Of a stretch of DNA of 64,000 bases, positions 29,205-42,152 are shown one piece after another. This stretch comes from Octopus sinensis (lineage: Eukaryota), in contig NC_043020.1 of the NCBI RefSeq assembly GCF_006345805.1, forward strand, positions 12,896,001 through 12,960,000, written 5' to 3'. The position numbers and the translations under genes were made by a program. The notes beneath the pieces were generated by a model. It had not been told where the DNA came from, ran no database searches, and saw only the letters and a program-made list of their open reading frames with translations. Within the stretch, counting starts at the first letter, position 1. Every line of letters starts with the position of its first letter.

Positions 29205-29531
29205 AAGGTGGCAAGCTGGCAGAAACGTTAGTATGCGTGGCAAAATTCTTAATGATATTTCATCTGTATTTACGTTCTGAGTTCAAATTCCGCCATGGTT
29301 GACTGTGCTTTGATTCTTTCGGGGTCAAAAATTAAGCACAAATTGCGTACTGGGTCGATCTAATCAACTGGTCCCCTCCCCTCAAAATTCCTGAGTTCAA
29401 GTTCTGCCAAGGTCAACTTTACCTTTCATTCTTTCATGGTCGATAATTTAAGAACCATTTGCATACTGGGTCAATGTAATCGCCTTAATCCCTTTCCTCA
29501 AATTTGAGTCCTTCTGCTTCCAGTAGAAAGA

Positions 29532-29562
<31 letters not shown>

Positions 29563-30190
29563 GTATTTTTATTAAAAAAGCAGCAAGCTGGCAGAAACAT
29601 TAGCATGCTAGGCAAAATGCTTAGTTGTATTTTGTGCGTCTTTACATTCTGAGTTCAAGTCAACTTTGCCTTTGATCCTTTTGAGGGGGGTCAATAAATT
29701 AAATACCAGTTGCGTACTGGGGTAGATCTAATCGACTGGCCCCCTCCCCCAAAATTTTGGGTCTTGTGCCTAGAGTAGAAAAGAATCGTTAGCATGCCGG
29801 GCGAAATGCTTTGCGGTATTTCATCTTCTGTTACATCCTGGGTTCAAGTTCCGCTGAGGACGACTTTTCTTTTCATCCTTTTGGGGGGTCAATGAATTAA
29901 GTATCAGATGTGTACTGGGGTTGATGTAATCAACTTAATTCCTTGCCTCAAATTTGAGGCCTTGTGCTTCCAGAAATGTTAGCATGCTGGGCGAAATGCT
30001 TAGCGGTATTTCGTCTGCCGTTACATTCTGAGTTCAAATTCCGCCGAGGTCGACTTTGCCTTTCATCCTTTCGGGGTTGATAAATAAGTACCAGTTACGC
30101 TCTGGGGTCGATATAATCAACTTAATCCGTTTGTCTGTCCTTGTTTGTCCTCTCTGTGTTTAGCCCCTTGTGGATAGTAAAGAAATAGGT
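29205..30190 (+). mobile_element. Tandem cluster of a SINE family with core GTCGACTTTGCCTTTCATCCTTTCGGGG; other copies near 236-395, 26575-26765, 27965-28190, 34880-35085, 52070-52270, 53610-53795, 58950-59285, 61575-61810
   Basis: B box GAGTTCAAATTCC, repeated core, association with (ATT)n. Confidence 0.85.
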
Positions 30191-30422
30191 ATTTGATCTA
30201 GCTTTTTATAATCCAATTACAAGTCCAGCAGAGATCCACTCTGTTGTTTATCCCTTTGGGTTGATAAAATAAACAACCAATCAAGTACTGGAGTTGATGG
30301 TACTGACTAACCCTAAAACTCCTCTCTACCTATGTTAGTAATTATTATTATTATTATTGTTGTTGTTGTTGTTGTTGTTGCTGTGGTGATGGTTGTTATT
30401 ATGAAGGGTACAGGACTGATAA

Positions 30423-30763
30423 GTGAAGGTGCGTGGCTTAGTGGTTAGGGCATTCGGCTCACGATTGTAAGGTCGTGAGTTCGATTCCCGGCGACGCGTT
30501 GTGTCCTTGAGAAAGACACTTTATTTCATGTTGCTCCAGTCCACTCAGCTGGCAAAAATGAGTAGTACCTGTATTTCAAAGGGCTGGCCTTGTCACACTC
30601 TGTGTCACGCTGAATCTCCCCGAGAACTACGTTAGGGGTACACGTGTCTATGGATTGCTCAGCCACTTGCACGTTAATTTCACGAGCAGGCTGTTCCGTT
30701 GATCATATCAGCGGGGACCCTCATCATCGTAACTGACGGAGTGCTCCTATGTACATATATTCC
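30423..30763 (+). mobile_element. tRNA-derived SINE with a different head/core but the same 3' tail (second copy 33816-34122)
   Basis: A/B boxes; TSDs ACAGGAYTGATAA and AGCTTGATCACAG. Confidence 0.85.
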
Positions 30764-31199
30764 ACAGGATTGATAAAATTTGTAAAATGTTGGCTAAAAC
30801 GTTGTGAGGCATTTTAGGGTTGATCTAAACCCAGTGAAGCTGATTTCTCATTTCAATTATTAATACAAATTAAAACTAATTAACTCCCATAATTGATTTA
30901 ATCAACTGTTCCTTCATTCACTGTCAAATGTTCCACTTTGTGCCAATGTCGGAAATCCTCATCATCATCATCATCACCATCATCATCATAATCATCATCA
31001 CTCCTTTGGTTTCTTCCCTAATCCCCGGACTGAAAATCTGAAAGTTTTGGATAATCCAATTATAACTGAGCTTTCAGACATTTTTCAAAGACTTCTTGCG
31101 TTACAGGAATCAAGTCTTCATAAATCACATATAAGAACTTGATTCAGGTTTGTGTAGGAATTAACCCACTTATATAAAGTCCGAGGTGTGTGTGTGTTT

Positions 31200-31234
<35 letters not shown>

Positions 31235-31909
31235 TTTGCATGTGTGTACACATGTTTTGCTGCTTAGCTCTAGGTCAGCCTTGGCTCAGCAGATCAATAA
31301 TCTAATGTCATCTAGCCATAACTAATGTGAGTTTTTTTCTCTGCAGAGATTTCTTGGGCCATGCAACGAAATGTGTTATCTTCACCTTTCTAAGATGATG
31401 GGGCATGGTTTTAGGGAGATTTAAACGAGAGAGAAGTCGGTAGGGTATAAAGAAAGACAGGCAGTGTTAGTAAGAAGCGGGAAATGAGTGACAGAGTGAT
31501 CAGGTTTTCTTGCTCATCATGAATAGGGTCCTACAAGAAACGGCACATGCTCAAAAATGTGGAGTCATGACAGACACTCAAATATTGAAGAAGCTATTAC
31601 CAATAAATACAGATGGCTTTTAACACAATAACTTTGCACCAGAAATAATATCCAACATCCTTAGGTACTTAGGAAGTAATGAAGGAACCTTTAAACATAG
31701 ATTGTATAGTCATAGTTTGAAAGACTTTCATCGCAGATCATACTCCCTTACTTAAAACCACCTCTGGTCTACAAATGCTTTTAGTGGATTTTGCTCTTTT
31801 GAAAATTAAGACCAGGCTCCCAACAGGCAGTTATTGAGACCACATGCTGCACTGATGCCCTTTATACTTCCTGAAATGTCAAAAATAATACTCAACCTGT
31901 TAAATAATT

Positions 31910-33050
31910 CTGCACCTTCTCCAATATCCACGTACTGCAAGCCAACCTAAATACTGCACATGACTTCTTTCTAGAATGCAAACCACTCATCTCCAAGACA
32001 ACTCTCTCATTGCCTATCTATTATTGTTTCTGCTGTCCAGGCCCCAAACTTTACACAGCTTCCATTGAATGGTGGTGTCTGTGTGTACATAGATTCCAGT
32101 CTCCTTGTCATTCACTTCTCTCACCTGGATACCAGTAACAAAGACCTCCAGTTACTCTGGCTCAGAGTTTCCCTTCCTTTACTAACTCACTCCTTCCTCC
32201 ACTCTCTGAATTCCTTTATCCCTCAACAACTCTTCAATCGTATTCTACCTGCATCTAAGCCATTTAAGACATCTAACTTCATCCCCTCTCAAGTTATTGC
32301 TCTCAGGGACTACAGACATCCTTCACACTGAACCCAGCTTAATAGCACCAATGGTGCAGAAACAGGGTTTCATAATCATCAACTCTCAAAATCAATTAGC
32401 TCCATTCATGACCATCAATCCAGACACCCTCCATATCTCTCTCATCTCCAAATATGATTTCTAGCAAACAGTTTCTAAGTTTATCAGCCTACCCAGCACA
32501 TATTACAGCTACCCATCACATACCCACATAAGAGGCAATGCACACATCCTACCTCCTGGACTCTGACACTTGAAGTCAGCTGATGGTTGCTCCACCAATT
32601 CTACAACAAAACCTTCAACAGTAACAAATAAATAATCACTACTAAGATCACAAAAGCATTAACTCCCAATCCTGAACACGAACCCTATACAACTAGAACC
32701 CTTAAGGTCACTGCAAACCCTGGGTTGCATTCCCACTGATGATCTCTCAGGACCGACACACGTCGTCAATATCACAAAGACCCCATCACAAAAACTGGTC
32801 TTCCTTCTTCAACACCTGAAAATACTCCAGCCTTAAACAAAGCTAAAAGGTAATCCACAATGGATTATTAGTCTCACATTTAGGATATTGTTGCTGCTGC
32901 TTCTCCTACCTACAGATCTCTTAGACAGCATCCAATGAAAGGTCACCTATGTGGTATAAAGATACTAATCAACACAGACCAACATTCGGCTTACAAATGC
33001 ATTCCCTCATCTTTGTCTTTTCTACTACTGTTACATTGGCCTCTGTTTAG
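31910..33050 (+). mobile_element. Highly decayed LINE, apurinic endonuclease region
   Basis: FSNIHVL..., GGVCVYI...LQLLWLRV resemble non-LTR APE motifs; C-rich composition; many stops. Confidence 0.55.
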
Positions 33051-33052
33051 CT

Positions 33053-33355
33053 TTAGTTTTTCCTTCTCGAGCCATGCCTGGCTCTTAAGGGCCGGTTTCC
33101 CAGTTTCCTTGGTGTATAGGTTACCCACCTGGATGGGACGCCGGTCCATCGCAGGTGAGCTGCAAGATGCAGGAGGAAAGAGTGAGAGGAAGTTGTGGCG
33201 AAATAGTCAGCAGAAGTTCGTCATTACCTTCTGTCGGAGCCACGTGGAGCTTAGGTGTTTCACTCATAAACACACGTCGCCCGGTCTGAGATTTGAACCC
33301 ACGATCCCTCGACTGCGAGTCCACTGCTCTAATCACTAGACCATGTGCCTCCACT
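33053..33355 (-). mobile_element. OR-like SINE with an alternative 3' tail, inserted in the LINE remnant
   Basis: tRNA-like head; TSD ATTGGCCTCTGTTTAGCT. Confidence 0.85.
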
Positions 33356-33586
33356 ATTGGCCTCTGTTTAGCTCATGCTGTCTTTAATCAAGGATTCCTA
33401 ACTTATTTCTCTCACCCTTACTGGGATCACTCAGTCCACTGGTTCACCATGACATTGACCCTGTGTAATTCTCTTGTCATGTTTACCTGTAACTGTAAAC
33501 TTGAATTGTGGTCAAGATGAATATTAAATATACTGATCCCATAGTTCTTGTAGGACCTTTGAAAGCCAAGGACACAACCTTTTCCT

Positions 33587-33782
33587 CCAGACTATGGAGG
33601 GCCAGTAAAGGCCACTAGTAGAGCTGATTCCCCCCAGACCATAGGGGAACAATAAAGGCCATGGGTAGAGCTAGTCTCTCCAGATTATGAACGACTAGTA
33701 AAGGCTATGAGTAGAGCTAATTCCTTTAGACTATGGAAGGCCAATAAAGGCAACAAGGAGAGCTAATACCTCCAGACCACAG
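33587..33782. repeat. About four diverged 46-47 bp tandem units
   Basis: Consensus CCAGACTATGG..G.CCA.TAAAGGC.A...GTAGAGCTA. Confidence 0.75.
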
Positions 33783-34329
33783 AATGCCTTTCATCATAAA
33801 TTAGCTTGATCACAGTGAGGGCGCATGGCTTAGTGGTTAGGGCATTCGGCTCATGATCGTAAGGTTGTGAGTTCGATTCCCGGCGACGCGTTGTGTCCTT
33901 GAGCAAGACACTTTATTTCACGTTGCTCCAGTCCACTCAGCTGGCAAAAATGAGTTGTACTTGTCACTCTCTATGTCACGCTGATTATCCCCGAGAACTA
34001 CGTTAAGGGTACACGTGTCTGTGGAATGCTCAGCCATTTGCACGTTGATTTCACGAGCAAGCTGTTCCGTTGATCGTATCAGCTGGGGCCCTCGTTGTCG
34101 TAACCGGCGGAGTCTTTTTTTAAGCTTGATCACAGATGAGCTGGGACTAATTAACGAAGATAGTTAAATCTTCTGGAATGCTCTGTTATTAAAATGAAGG
34201 ACTTGTACAAGCTCAGATGATGATATCAACAGAAACTCAAGCCACACGTCTGTTGCTAATAAGACAAGCGGGATAATTACAAGGACATCCTTAAATCAAT
34301 AAATTCCTGTTTTCTTATTTTATAAAGAA

Positions 34330-34842
34330 CTAGCAGTATCACCCGGCGTTGCTCGGATTTGTAAGGGAAATAACTATACAAGCATTTTTAGAGAGTTACT
34401 TCCCTTATAGATGCCAATTCGGGCTTTCTTAGCCATTTCTGCTTTGGTGTCTTCAAGCCATGAAGTCGTTGTTCTAAAAGAACGCTGGTCTCCTTGACAA
34501 CGCTTTACGATGTTCATTTCATTACACTCCCTTCCCCACAGCTTCACGAGGGAGGGAAGAAGTGGGAGAAGCAAACAGGTGCAGGTGTGACCATGGACGC
34601 CAACTCCGCCGCCATCGACACACGAAAAATTATGCATTAAAATGGAATAAAAAATGATGTTAAATTATTTTTAAAATCGTAAACTCATCGTAGACGCGCG
34701 CTAATACTCAGACGGGCTTGATATGAATCACGACTATAAGATACCCGAATTTGGTTAAACTGCACCACAAAATGTGGGAGTAGTTAGGAATCTAAATCGA
34801 AGGGGACAGACACTCACACAACTACAGTTTTATATATATAGA
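34330..34842 (-). mobile_element. Non-autonomous Helitron of the same family with an extra internal segment
   Basis: Reverse-complement termini match the 28458-28855 copy. Confidence 0.75.
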
Positions 34843-35112
34843 TTTCTATGCTTTGATTTTCATATAAGAAATTATTATTAAGGCAGCAATTTGGTAGAAT
34901 GATAGCATGCCAGAGAAAATGCTTAGCGGCAATTTTCTGGCTCTTTGATTTCTGAGTTCAAATGTCATTGAAGTCAATTTTGCCTTTTTGAGATTGATAA
35001 GAATTAGTACCAGTTGAGTACTGGGGTTGCTGTAATCGATTTCCCCACCCCTCAAAATTGCTGACCTTGTGCCAAGATAAGGATTATTGTTATTAATATT
35101 ATTATCATTATC

Positions 35113-35154
<42 letters not shown>

Positions 35155-36944
35155 GACTTCATGTGCCAAAAAGCGAGAGAGTGGGGTGAGGGCAGAGTTC
35201 CTTAGTTACAAGCAAAGATTTTTGATATTATCAGAGTTCCTGTATAACAAATAAAAAAAAATCCTCCTCTTTTTCCTCCTCCTCCTTCTCATCATCATCA
35301 TCATCATCACCATTATATCATCATTACCATCAACACCATTATCACAATCATCACCAACGTCAATATTGCCATCATAACACCACTACTTCAAAAACCAATT
35401 AAGAAGAGTTACTTGTTTCCTAACATCAATAAATCATTAATTAATTAATCACAGCCAAGTTGATATTAATTAAGATAATTATTAACAGAATTTACTAATA
35501 AATTATTTCATCACAGAATTATGTTTAAACAACTATTTTAATTTATGGTCTATCTCAAAATTTCTGTAGTTACATTAAATTTATCTTCCCATCTCTAATT
35601 CAAAATTTAATCTTCTAAATTTTGGGGTTAAAAAAAACCCATTTTAGAACTAAAAAAAATAGTTTTTTTAATAGTTAAATTTCACCAAAAGTGGAGGTAA
35701 ATAAGTTGTACTCAAATTTTATTTAATGTTTATTACCCACCTCTTGTCTTTTAACAAAAATGATAAATGGTTTATTCCTAAATAATTTACAGTTGATTAG
35801 TTAGAACTGTAGTTATAGTTATATAAGATATATACCTGCTGTTATAGTTATATTTAGTTAGATCTATAACTGATTTTTAACTTTATTTTATTTATTTACT
35901 TATAAATAAATAGGTATAGGGTTGGCTGTGTGGTAAGAAGTTTGCTTTCCAGCCATGTGGGCTTGGGTTCAGTCCCACCAAGCTGCTTCTTGGCCAAGTG
36001 CTTTCCACTATAATCCCAAGTCAAGTGAAGGCTTGTCAGTGGATTTGGTAAATGGAAACTGAAAGAAGCCCATTGTGTGTGTCTGAGTTTGTGTGTGTGT
36101 GTGTGTGAGAAAGAGAGAGTTTTTATGTTCGTTCCCCACCATGGCTTGACAACTATGTTGGTTTGTTTACGTCCTTATAACTTGGCAGCTCAGCTAAAAG
36201 AGGCCAATAGAATAAGCACCAGGTTTAAAAATAAGTACTGGGGGTCAATTGGACTAAACCTTTTACAGCAGTGCCCCAGCTTGGCCACAGTTCAAAGACT
36301 GAAGCAAGTAATGGGTAACAGATGTACCAATGTAAAGAGCTTATAGGAGGCATTGGTTTTAAAAGAGACAATGTAGCCAAAATCTTTGCAGAGAAAATAA
36401 TGAGAGAAGAAATGGATAAAACCTGCCATAGAAAGTCAATAAAATACAAGTGAACAGTGATTTTTTCTTTTCCATAACAACACTGTTTTCTGGAGAGCGT
36501 TCAGTGAATTAAAAATGTTAATGCTCACTTAACTGTTGTTTTAAAAGCAGATGGTGTCTCTGAATTAGTTAACTATATTAGTCTTACAACTTACACATTT
36601 ACTTTGTGATTTTTTAATAAGTGCAATGGTTATATATTGTGGCTGAGGTTAGAATAAGGTTGAAATATGTCCAGAGTTGTGTCCCATACTTAGAAAACAT
36701 CAAGTAAATAATATTAGTTATGGATTGATATTATTCTTTTCCCCACCAGATAATTATTTTAACTTAATTTTCTTAATTAATAATCATTTCTAACTAACTT
36801 CATTCACTACATAATTATTTCTCATTAAATACGATAATAATTTGTTAAAAAATTGTTAAGTTCCTGATTGATTGAAATGTTTAGCAAAATGCAAAACATA
36901 TTCTGAATCTTAAATTCATAGCAGATACATGAAAATTGATTTAA

Positions 36945-37166
36945 CCCTTTCATTACCAGCCTGGCTGAAACCAGCTCTGGCTCTTTAGTATAAATGTCTT
37001 GTTTTCATAAGTTTTGAATTCAAATCTTCCACTAAAATCTTAGTTACAATTTATGTTCCTAACACTAGCTTAATGATAACTAAGTTAATTTACTAAATTC
37101 TTTGTTATATTTAAAATAACAGGAAGAAACACAGAGCATCTCAAAATAAATACAGTAACAAAAGTG
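36945..37166. mobile_element. piggyBac-type MITE
   Basis: TTAA|CCCTTTCATTAC ... GTAACAAAAGTG|TTAA, imperfect TIR. Confidence 0.55.
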
Positions 37167-37504
37167 TTAAGTACAGCCCTAAGGAAATCCAGCACAAAAT
37201 TGTGTAAAATTAATTTAATGTTTACAAAACTAAATTTTTTTTGAATATTAACAAACATTCTCTGCTATTATTTCCTAAACTGCTAATTTAGGTCATTTGA
37301 AAATTTTCTTAAATCAAAAAGACAATAAGATATTAACAAATTTGGTGAAGATTTCTCTGTTATCACAACTGCAAGATGACATAAATAAATGAGAAGGCTT
37401 CCCTACTGGGCGATACTGCTAGTAAATAAATACAATTAACTTATGTAAAAATATCCTCACAATTACTTTGAATATTTAAAACTAATTACTTGATAATTTA
37501 TTAA

Positions 37505-37812
37505 CCCCTTACCCAACAATTATTTTGAAAATAAATGTATTTTTTCAGACATATTTTTTAATTGTTTTATTTTACTATGTTTTGAATGGTGATTTCGAGG
37601 TATATTTCAAACCTTATTTATTATGAATTTTAATTCAATAATATTGATTTTAAATTACCGCTTTGGGCAGAAACGAGTTAACCCATTTTTAGACGAAGGA
37701 ACTCGTTTGCTGTCGATTTTGGTGAGTCTATCTTTTGACGAGTTAACTCGCCAGAGATAGAAAAAAACGATTTCGGTCAAAACGCATATATTCGTTTCTG
37801 CCAGGTAAGGGG
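37505..37812. mobile_element. piggyBac-type MITE
   Basis: TTAA|CCCCTTACC ... GGTAAGGGG|TTAA. Confidence 0.7.
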
Positions 37813-37997
37813 TTAAGACTCAAACTATGTTTTAAGGTAAGCAATATGAAATGTACTGATATAAAAAAGAAGAAATATGAAAATAAAAATGAGAGTATTT
37901 GGTTGAAATTGAACTTGCATATTTCTGTTTGTTGATGCTTTGCTCTAATAATCCCAACCTCTTTATCCATGTGCCCATAATAGGAATAATGCGTATC

Positions 37998-38104
37998 TCA
38001 CATTAAACATCTTTCTTCCAACACATAACTAAATGGTGTAATTGTTTTGAATGGAAGGAAGTGCAAGTGAAGTTTGCGTGTCGGTTGAGCGTTTTGGAAT
38101 TTCT
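37998..38104 (-). CDS. ROS1: Candidate terminal coding exon of the ROS1-like gene (KKFQNAQPTRKLHLHFLPFKTITPFSYVLEERCLM*)
   Basis: T-rich tract plus CTACAG acceptor, open in the required phase to a TGA; no recognisable motif, so tentative. Confidence 0.35.
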
Positions 38105-38471
38105 CTGTAGCGACAAAAAAACCCCCCAAAAAACCCTAACTGTGGAACCCTGTCCCCTTATTTCAACTAAAAGTGGAGATGCTACTTCTAATGCACTTGA
38201 GGTGGGGGGGGGGGCAATTTAAAGGAATCTATTTGGGGTTGATTTTACTGTTTATAGGTTTCACAAGGAAGTAAAAGCTTACAAATATTTAGTCCTGGAC
38301 TTAGCAGCGATGTTACATGTCTACATTATTTTAAACAAACTGAAACGTGCTAATAAAAAAAAAAAAGAAAAAAAAACAAACAACACAAAAGATATCACAT
38401 AAGGGAGAATATAAATAATGTGATAAACTAGCTTGCAATTTAAATCTACATATCTTTGTTCCCATCCCAAC

Positions 38472-38505
<34 letters not shown>

Positions 38506-39063
38506 GTATTATTTAGGGTTACTCAAAATTTATTCCCTGAAAGTATTCAGTTTTTTTAAAAAAAATAATGATTTCATAGTTTTAAGACCACCAACAAAAA
38601 GTTTTTTTTTTTTACTATTTTCATTTTTTTTTGTTTTTGTTTTCTAATTAGCACTAATTGAAACATAATAAGCAACACTGCTTGGCTAAAACATCGAAAT
38701 AGGAGTTTGGTTGAAATAAAAAAATTAAACAGAACGAAACAGAAAAAAAAATAGGCAATCAAAAAAAAAAAAACAACATTCCATGGAAATATCAATTCTT
38801 AGAGGAAGATAACACAAATGTAGATTATATATACACACTCACACACACACACACAGACTCTCTCTCTCTCTCTCTCTCTTTCTTTCTCTCTCTCTAAAAC
38901 ACTCAAAGAAGTTTAGCTAAAAAATTATAGCAAAAATAAGAAAGTAAAGAAAAAAAGAAATGTAAAAGCAATATAAATATATATATAAGCATGTATACAT
39001 GTGTGTGTGTGTATAAATATGTGTGCAAATATGCTTGTAGATATATACATACATACATACATG

Positions 39064-39109
<46 letters not shown>

Positions 39110-39126
39110 TATATATATATATACAC

Positions 39127-39157
<31 letters not shown>

Positions 39158-39845
39158 TATATATATATGTATGTATGTATGTATTACACATTAAACATAC
39201 AAACATATGTATATATGTATATACATATAGATATATTACGAATACACACAGACACACATACATATATGCAAACTTACACACATGTATATTACATATATAT
39301 AATATATTATATATGTGTATATATATATATGTAAGATATATATCTATATTATGAATATACAAACATATATATATGTAGAAAGATGATTATGATGTAAATA
39401 TATATATATATATATAATATATATATATAATACACACACAATATATGTATATATATATATATATGCATGTGTGAGTCTATATATGTATATATATATATAT
39501 GTGTGTGTGTGTGTATGTATATATATATATATGTGTGTGTGTATATATGTGTATGCATTTACATGTATGAATACGTATATGTATATATGCGTGTGAGTAA
39601 CTATACATGTCTGTGTATATTTATCTATATATAGGTATATATATATATAATTATATGTATACATGTATATGTGTGTATATGTATGTACATACATACATGC
39701 ATACATACATACATACATACACTCACACACACACATATATATTTTTATATATATATATATATATCCACACACACACACATACACATATCTATCTGAAATC
39801 TATAAATATTTATTTTTGTGGGTTTTTTTTTATTGTTTTGCTTAC

Positions 39846-39976
39846 TTGTAGTGTTTTTGTTCAGCATTGATTCTTCAAAAAGTCTTTGGTAGAAAAGTTC
39901 CAGTTGTTCCAGGATAAATGATGAAGTTGGTCGGTCTTCTGGTGCATAGCTCCAACAGTTCAGTTTTAATTGGTAT
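39846..39976 (-). CDS. ROS1: ROS1-like kinase exon, subdomain XI (YQLKLNCWSYAPEDRPTSSFILEQLE...)
   Basis: TAG acceptor, GTAAGC donor; 131 nt, phase 2 to 1; CW...P..RP motif. Confidence 0.9.
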
Positions 39977-40681
39977 CTAGTATTAGAAATGATTAGAACA
40001 CACTTACATGGCATCAGTACACAAAATGGTATTGCTACTGAATTCTTCAACCACCCTTTAACTGTAAAATTAAATTTCATGTTGTGACATATATTTGCCA
40101 TTTAAATATGGCTAACCCCTAAGGGTTGATGCTACTGTAGTTTGTAGCCCCAAGAGGACACCTCCTCCAGCTGGCTATAGACACACATCCTGTGCCCTAT
40201 TAGTATTTGCAAAGGGAAGCCATCCTTCCCGTCAATGGCTTCCCTTTGCAAATACTGATAGGGCACAGAAAGTGTGTCTAAAGCCAGCTGGAGGAGGTGT
40301 CCTCCTGGGGCTACAAACTACAGTAGCATCCACCCTTAGGGGTTAGCCATAATTAAATGGCAAATATACATCACGGTGTGTTGCAGCTACTGTTTATAAC
40401 TCTCTCTAAGATTTATTATTGCTAAATTTCATGGTTCTTCTAGAAATGATGTTAAAAATCTATCAGAAAATGGAATTGGAGTTTTCTGGTAGTCACATTG
40501 CCTCAATAAACATGATATGACTAAATATTAAAAAAAAAGTTTCAAACATGACATTCCTTGACCAAAGATTGGTATAAAAAAACAAAAAACATAATGAACA
40601 CTGGTTAACAGTGCTTCCAGTTAGTGAACACTGGTTATCAACAGTTTATAACTGGTGAACAGCAGTTAACGATAGTTCACG

Positions 40682-41402
40682 CTAATCCCAGTTTTGATAT
40701 GTTAACGACAGTTAACAATAATTTTGTGTTCAGTGAACACTAGTTAACAGTAGTTTTTGAGCAGTAAACACCAGTTAACAGTAGTTCTAATAAGTTTACT
40801 CTAATCCCAGTCTTGATATGTTAACGACAGTTAACAATAATTTTATGTTCAGTGAACACTAGTTAACAGTAGTTTTTGAGCAGTAAACACCAGTTAACAG
40901 TAGTTCTAATAAGTTTACTCTAATCCCAGTCTTGATATGTTAACAACAGTTAACAATAATTTTATGTTCAGTGAACACTGAGCAGTAAACACCAGTTAAC
41001 AGTAGTTCTAATAAGTTTACTCTAATCCCAGTCTTGATATGTTAACGACAGTTAACAATAATTTTATGTTCAGTGAACACTAGTTAACAGTAGTTTTTGA
41101 GCAGTAAACACCAGTTAACAGTAGTTCTAATAAGTTTACTCTAATCCCAGTCTTGATATGTTAACAACAGTTAACAATAATTTTATGTTCAGTGAACACT
41201 GAGCAGTAAACACCAGTTAACAGTAGTTCTAATAAGTTTACTCTAATCCCAGTCTTGATATGTTAACGAAAGTTAACAATAATTTTATGTTCAGTGAACA
41301 CTAGTTAACAGTAGTTTTTGAGCAGTAAACACCAGTTAACAGTAGTTCTAATAAGTTTACTTTAATCCCAGTCTTGATATGTTAACAACAGTTAACAATA
41401 AT
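40682..41402. repeat. GTTAAC-rich tandem array of 119- and 102-bp units
   Basis: Unit starts at 40682, 40801, 40920, 41022, 41141, 41243, 41362. Confidence 0.92.
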
Positions 41403-41522
41403 TCTATTGTTGTTATAAATTATCATTTCAAGATTTATAAGAAACAAACAATATTAATTCTGAAGAAATAATAAGGAAGGAAAAAATAATGGAAAAAGCA
41501 AGTGAAAAATTGCTCTTCTTAC

Positions 41523-41657
41523 AAATATTCCGGGCAGTTATCTGGCCGATCCAATCTGCCTCCTGATCGGACATACTGTAAAACTTCTAAATTTGTTCGA
41601 GCTGGATAAGGTTGTTGACCATATGTGATGACCTCCCACATTAAAACACCAAACGAC
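41523..41657 (-). CDS. ROS1: ROS1-like kinase exon, subdomains IX-X (WSFGVLMWEVITYGQQPYPARTNLEVLQYVRSGGRLDRPDNCPEY); not in the ORF track
   Basis: CACAG acceptor, GTAAGA donor; 135 nt, phase 2 to 2; translated by hand. Confidence 0.95.
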
Positions 41658-42121
41658 CTGTGTTTAATAGACATACAAAGATATACCTGTAGAGTGGGAA
41701 TTAAATCATAGGTGAAAAAAATTAAACAGCCATTTCATACCTTTACATTTTCACAGGTAACAAATTAACAACAAACTTATTAAGAGACTCATTATTAGAT
41801 TTGTTAATAAACTTGTTAACAGATTGATTAAAGAGTTGGATTATGTACCATGTGGTATTTATTCCAGCTTTCTGTCTTCTGTGTCCAAGTCCTAAGAAGG
41901 TTGATTTTTTGCCTTTCATTCTTTAGGAGCTCATAAATATAGGCACAGGAGTGGCTGTGTGGTAAGTAGTTTGCTTACCAACCACATGGTTCTGGGTTCA
42001 GTCCCACTACATGGCACTTTGGGCAAGTGTCTTCTACCATAGACTCGGGCCTACCAAAGCCTTGTGAGTGAATTTGGTAGGCAGAAACTGAAAGAAGCCT
42101 GTCGTATATATTCATATATAT

Positions 42122-42132
<11 letters not shown>

Positions 42133-42152
<20 letters not shown>

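Noticed and set aside
38283-38349. Possible small exon with a GTAAGC donor
   Set aside because: All candidate acceptors give stops in the required phase
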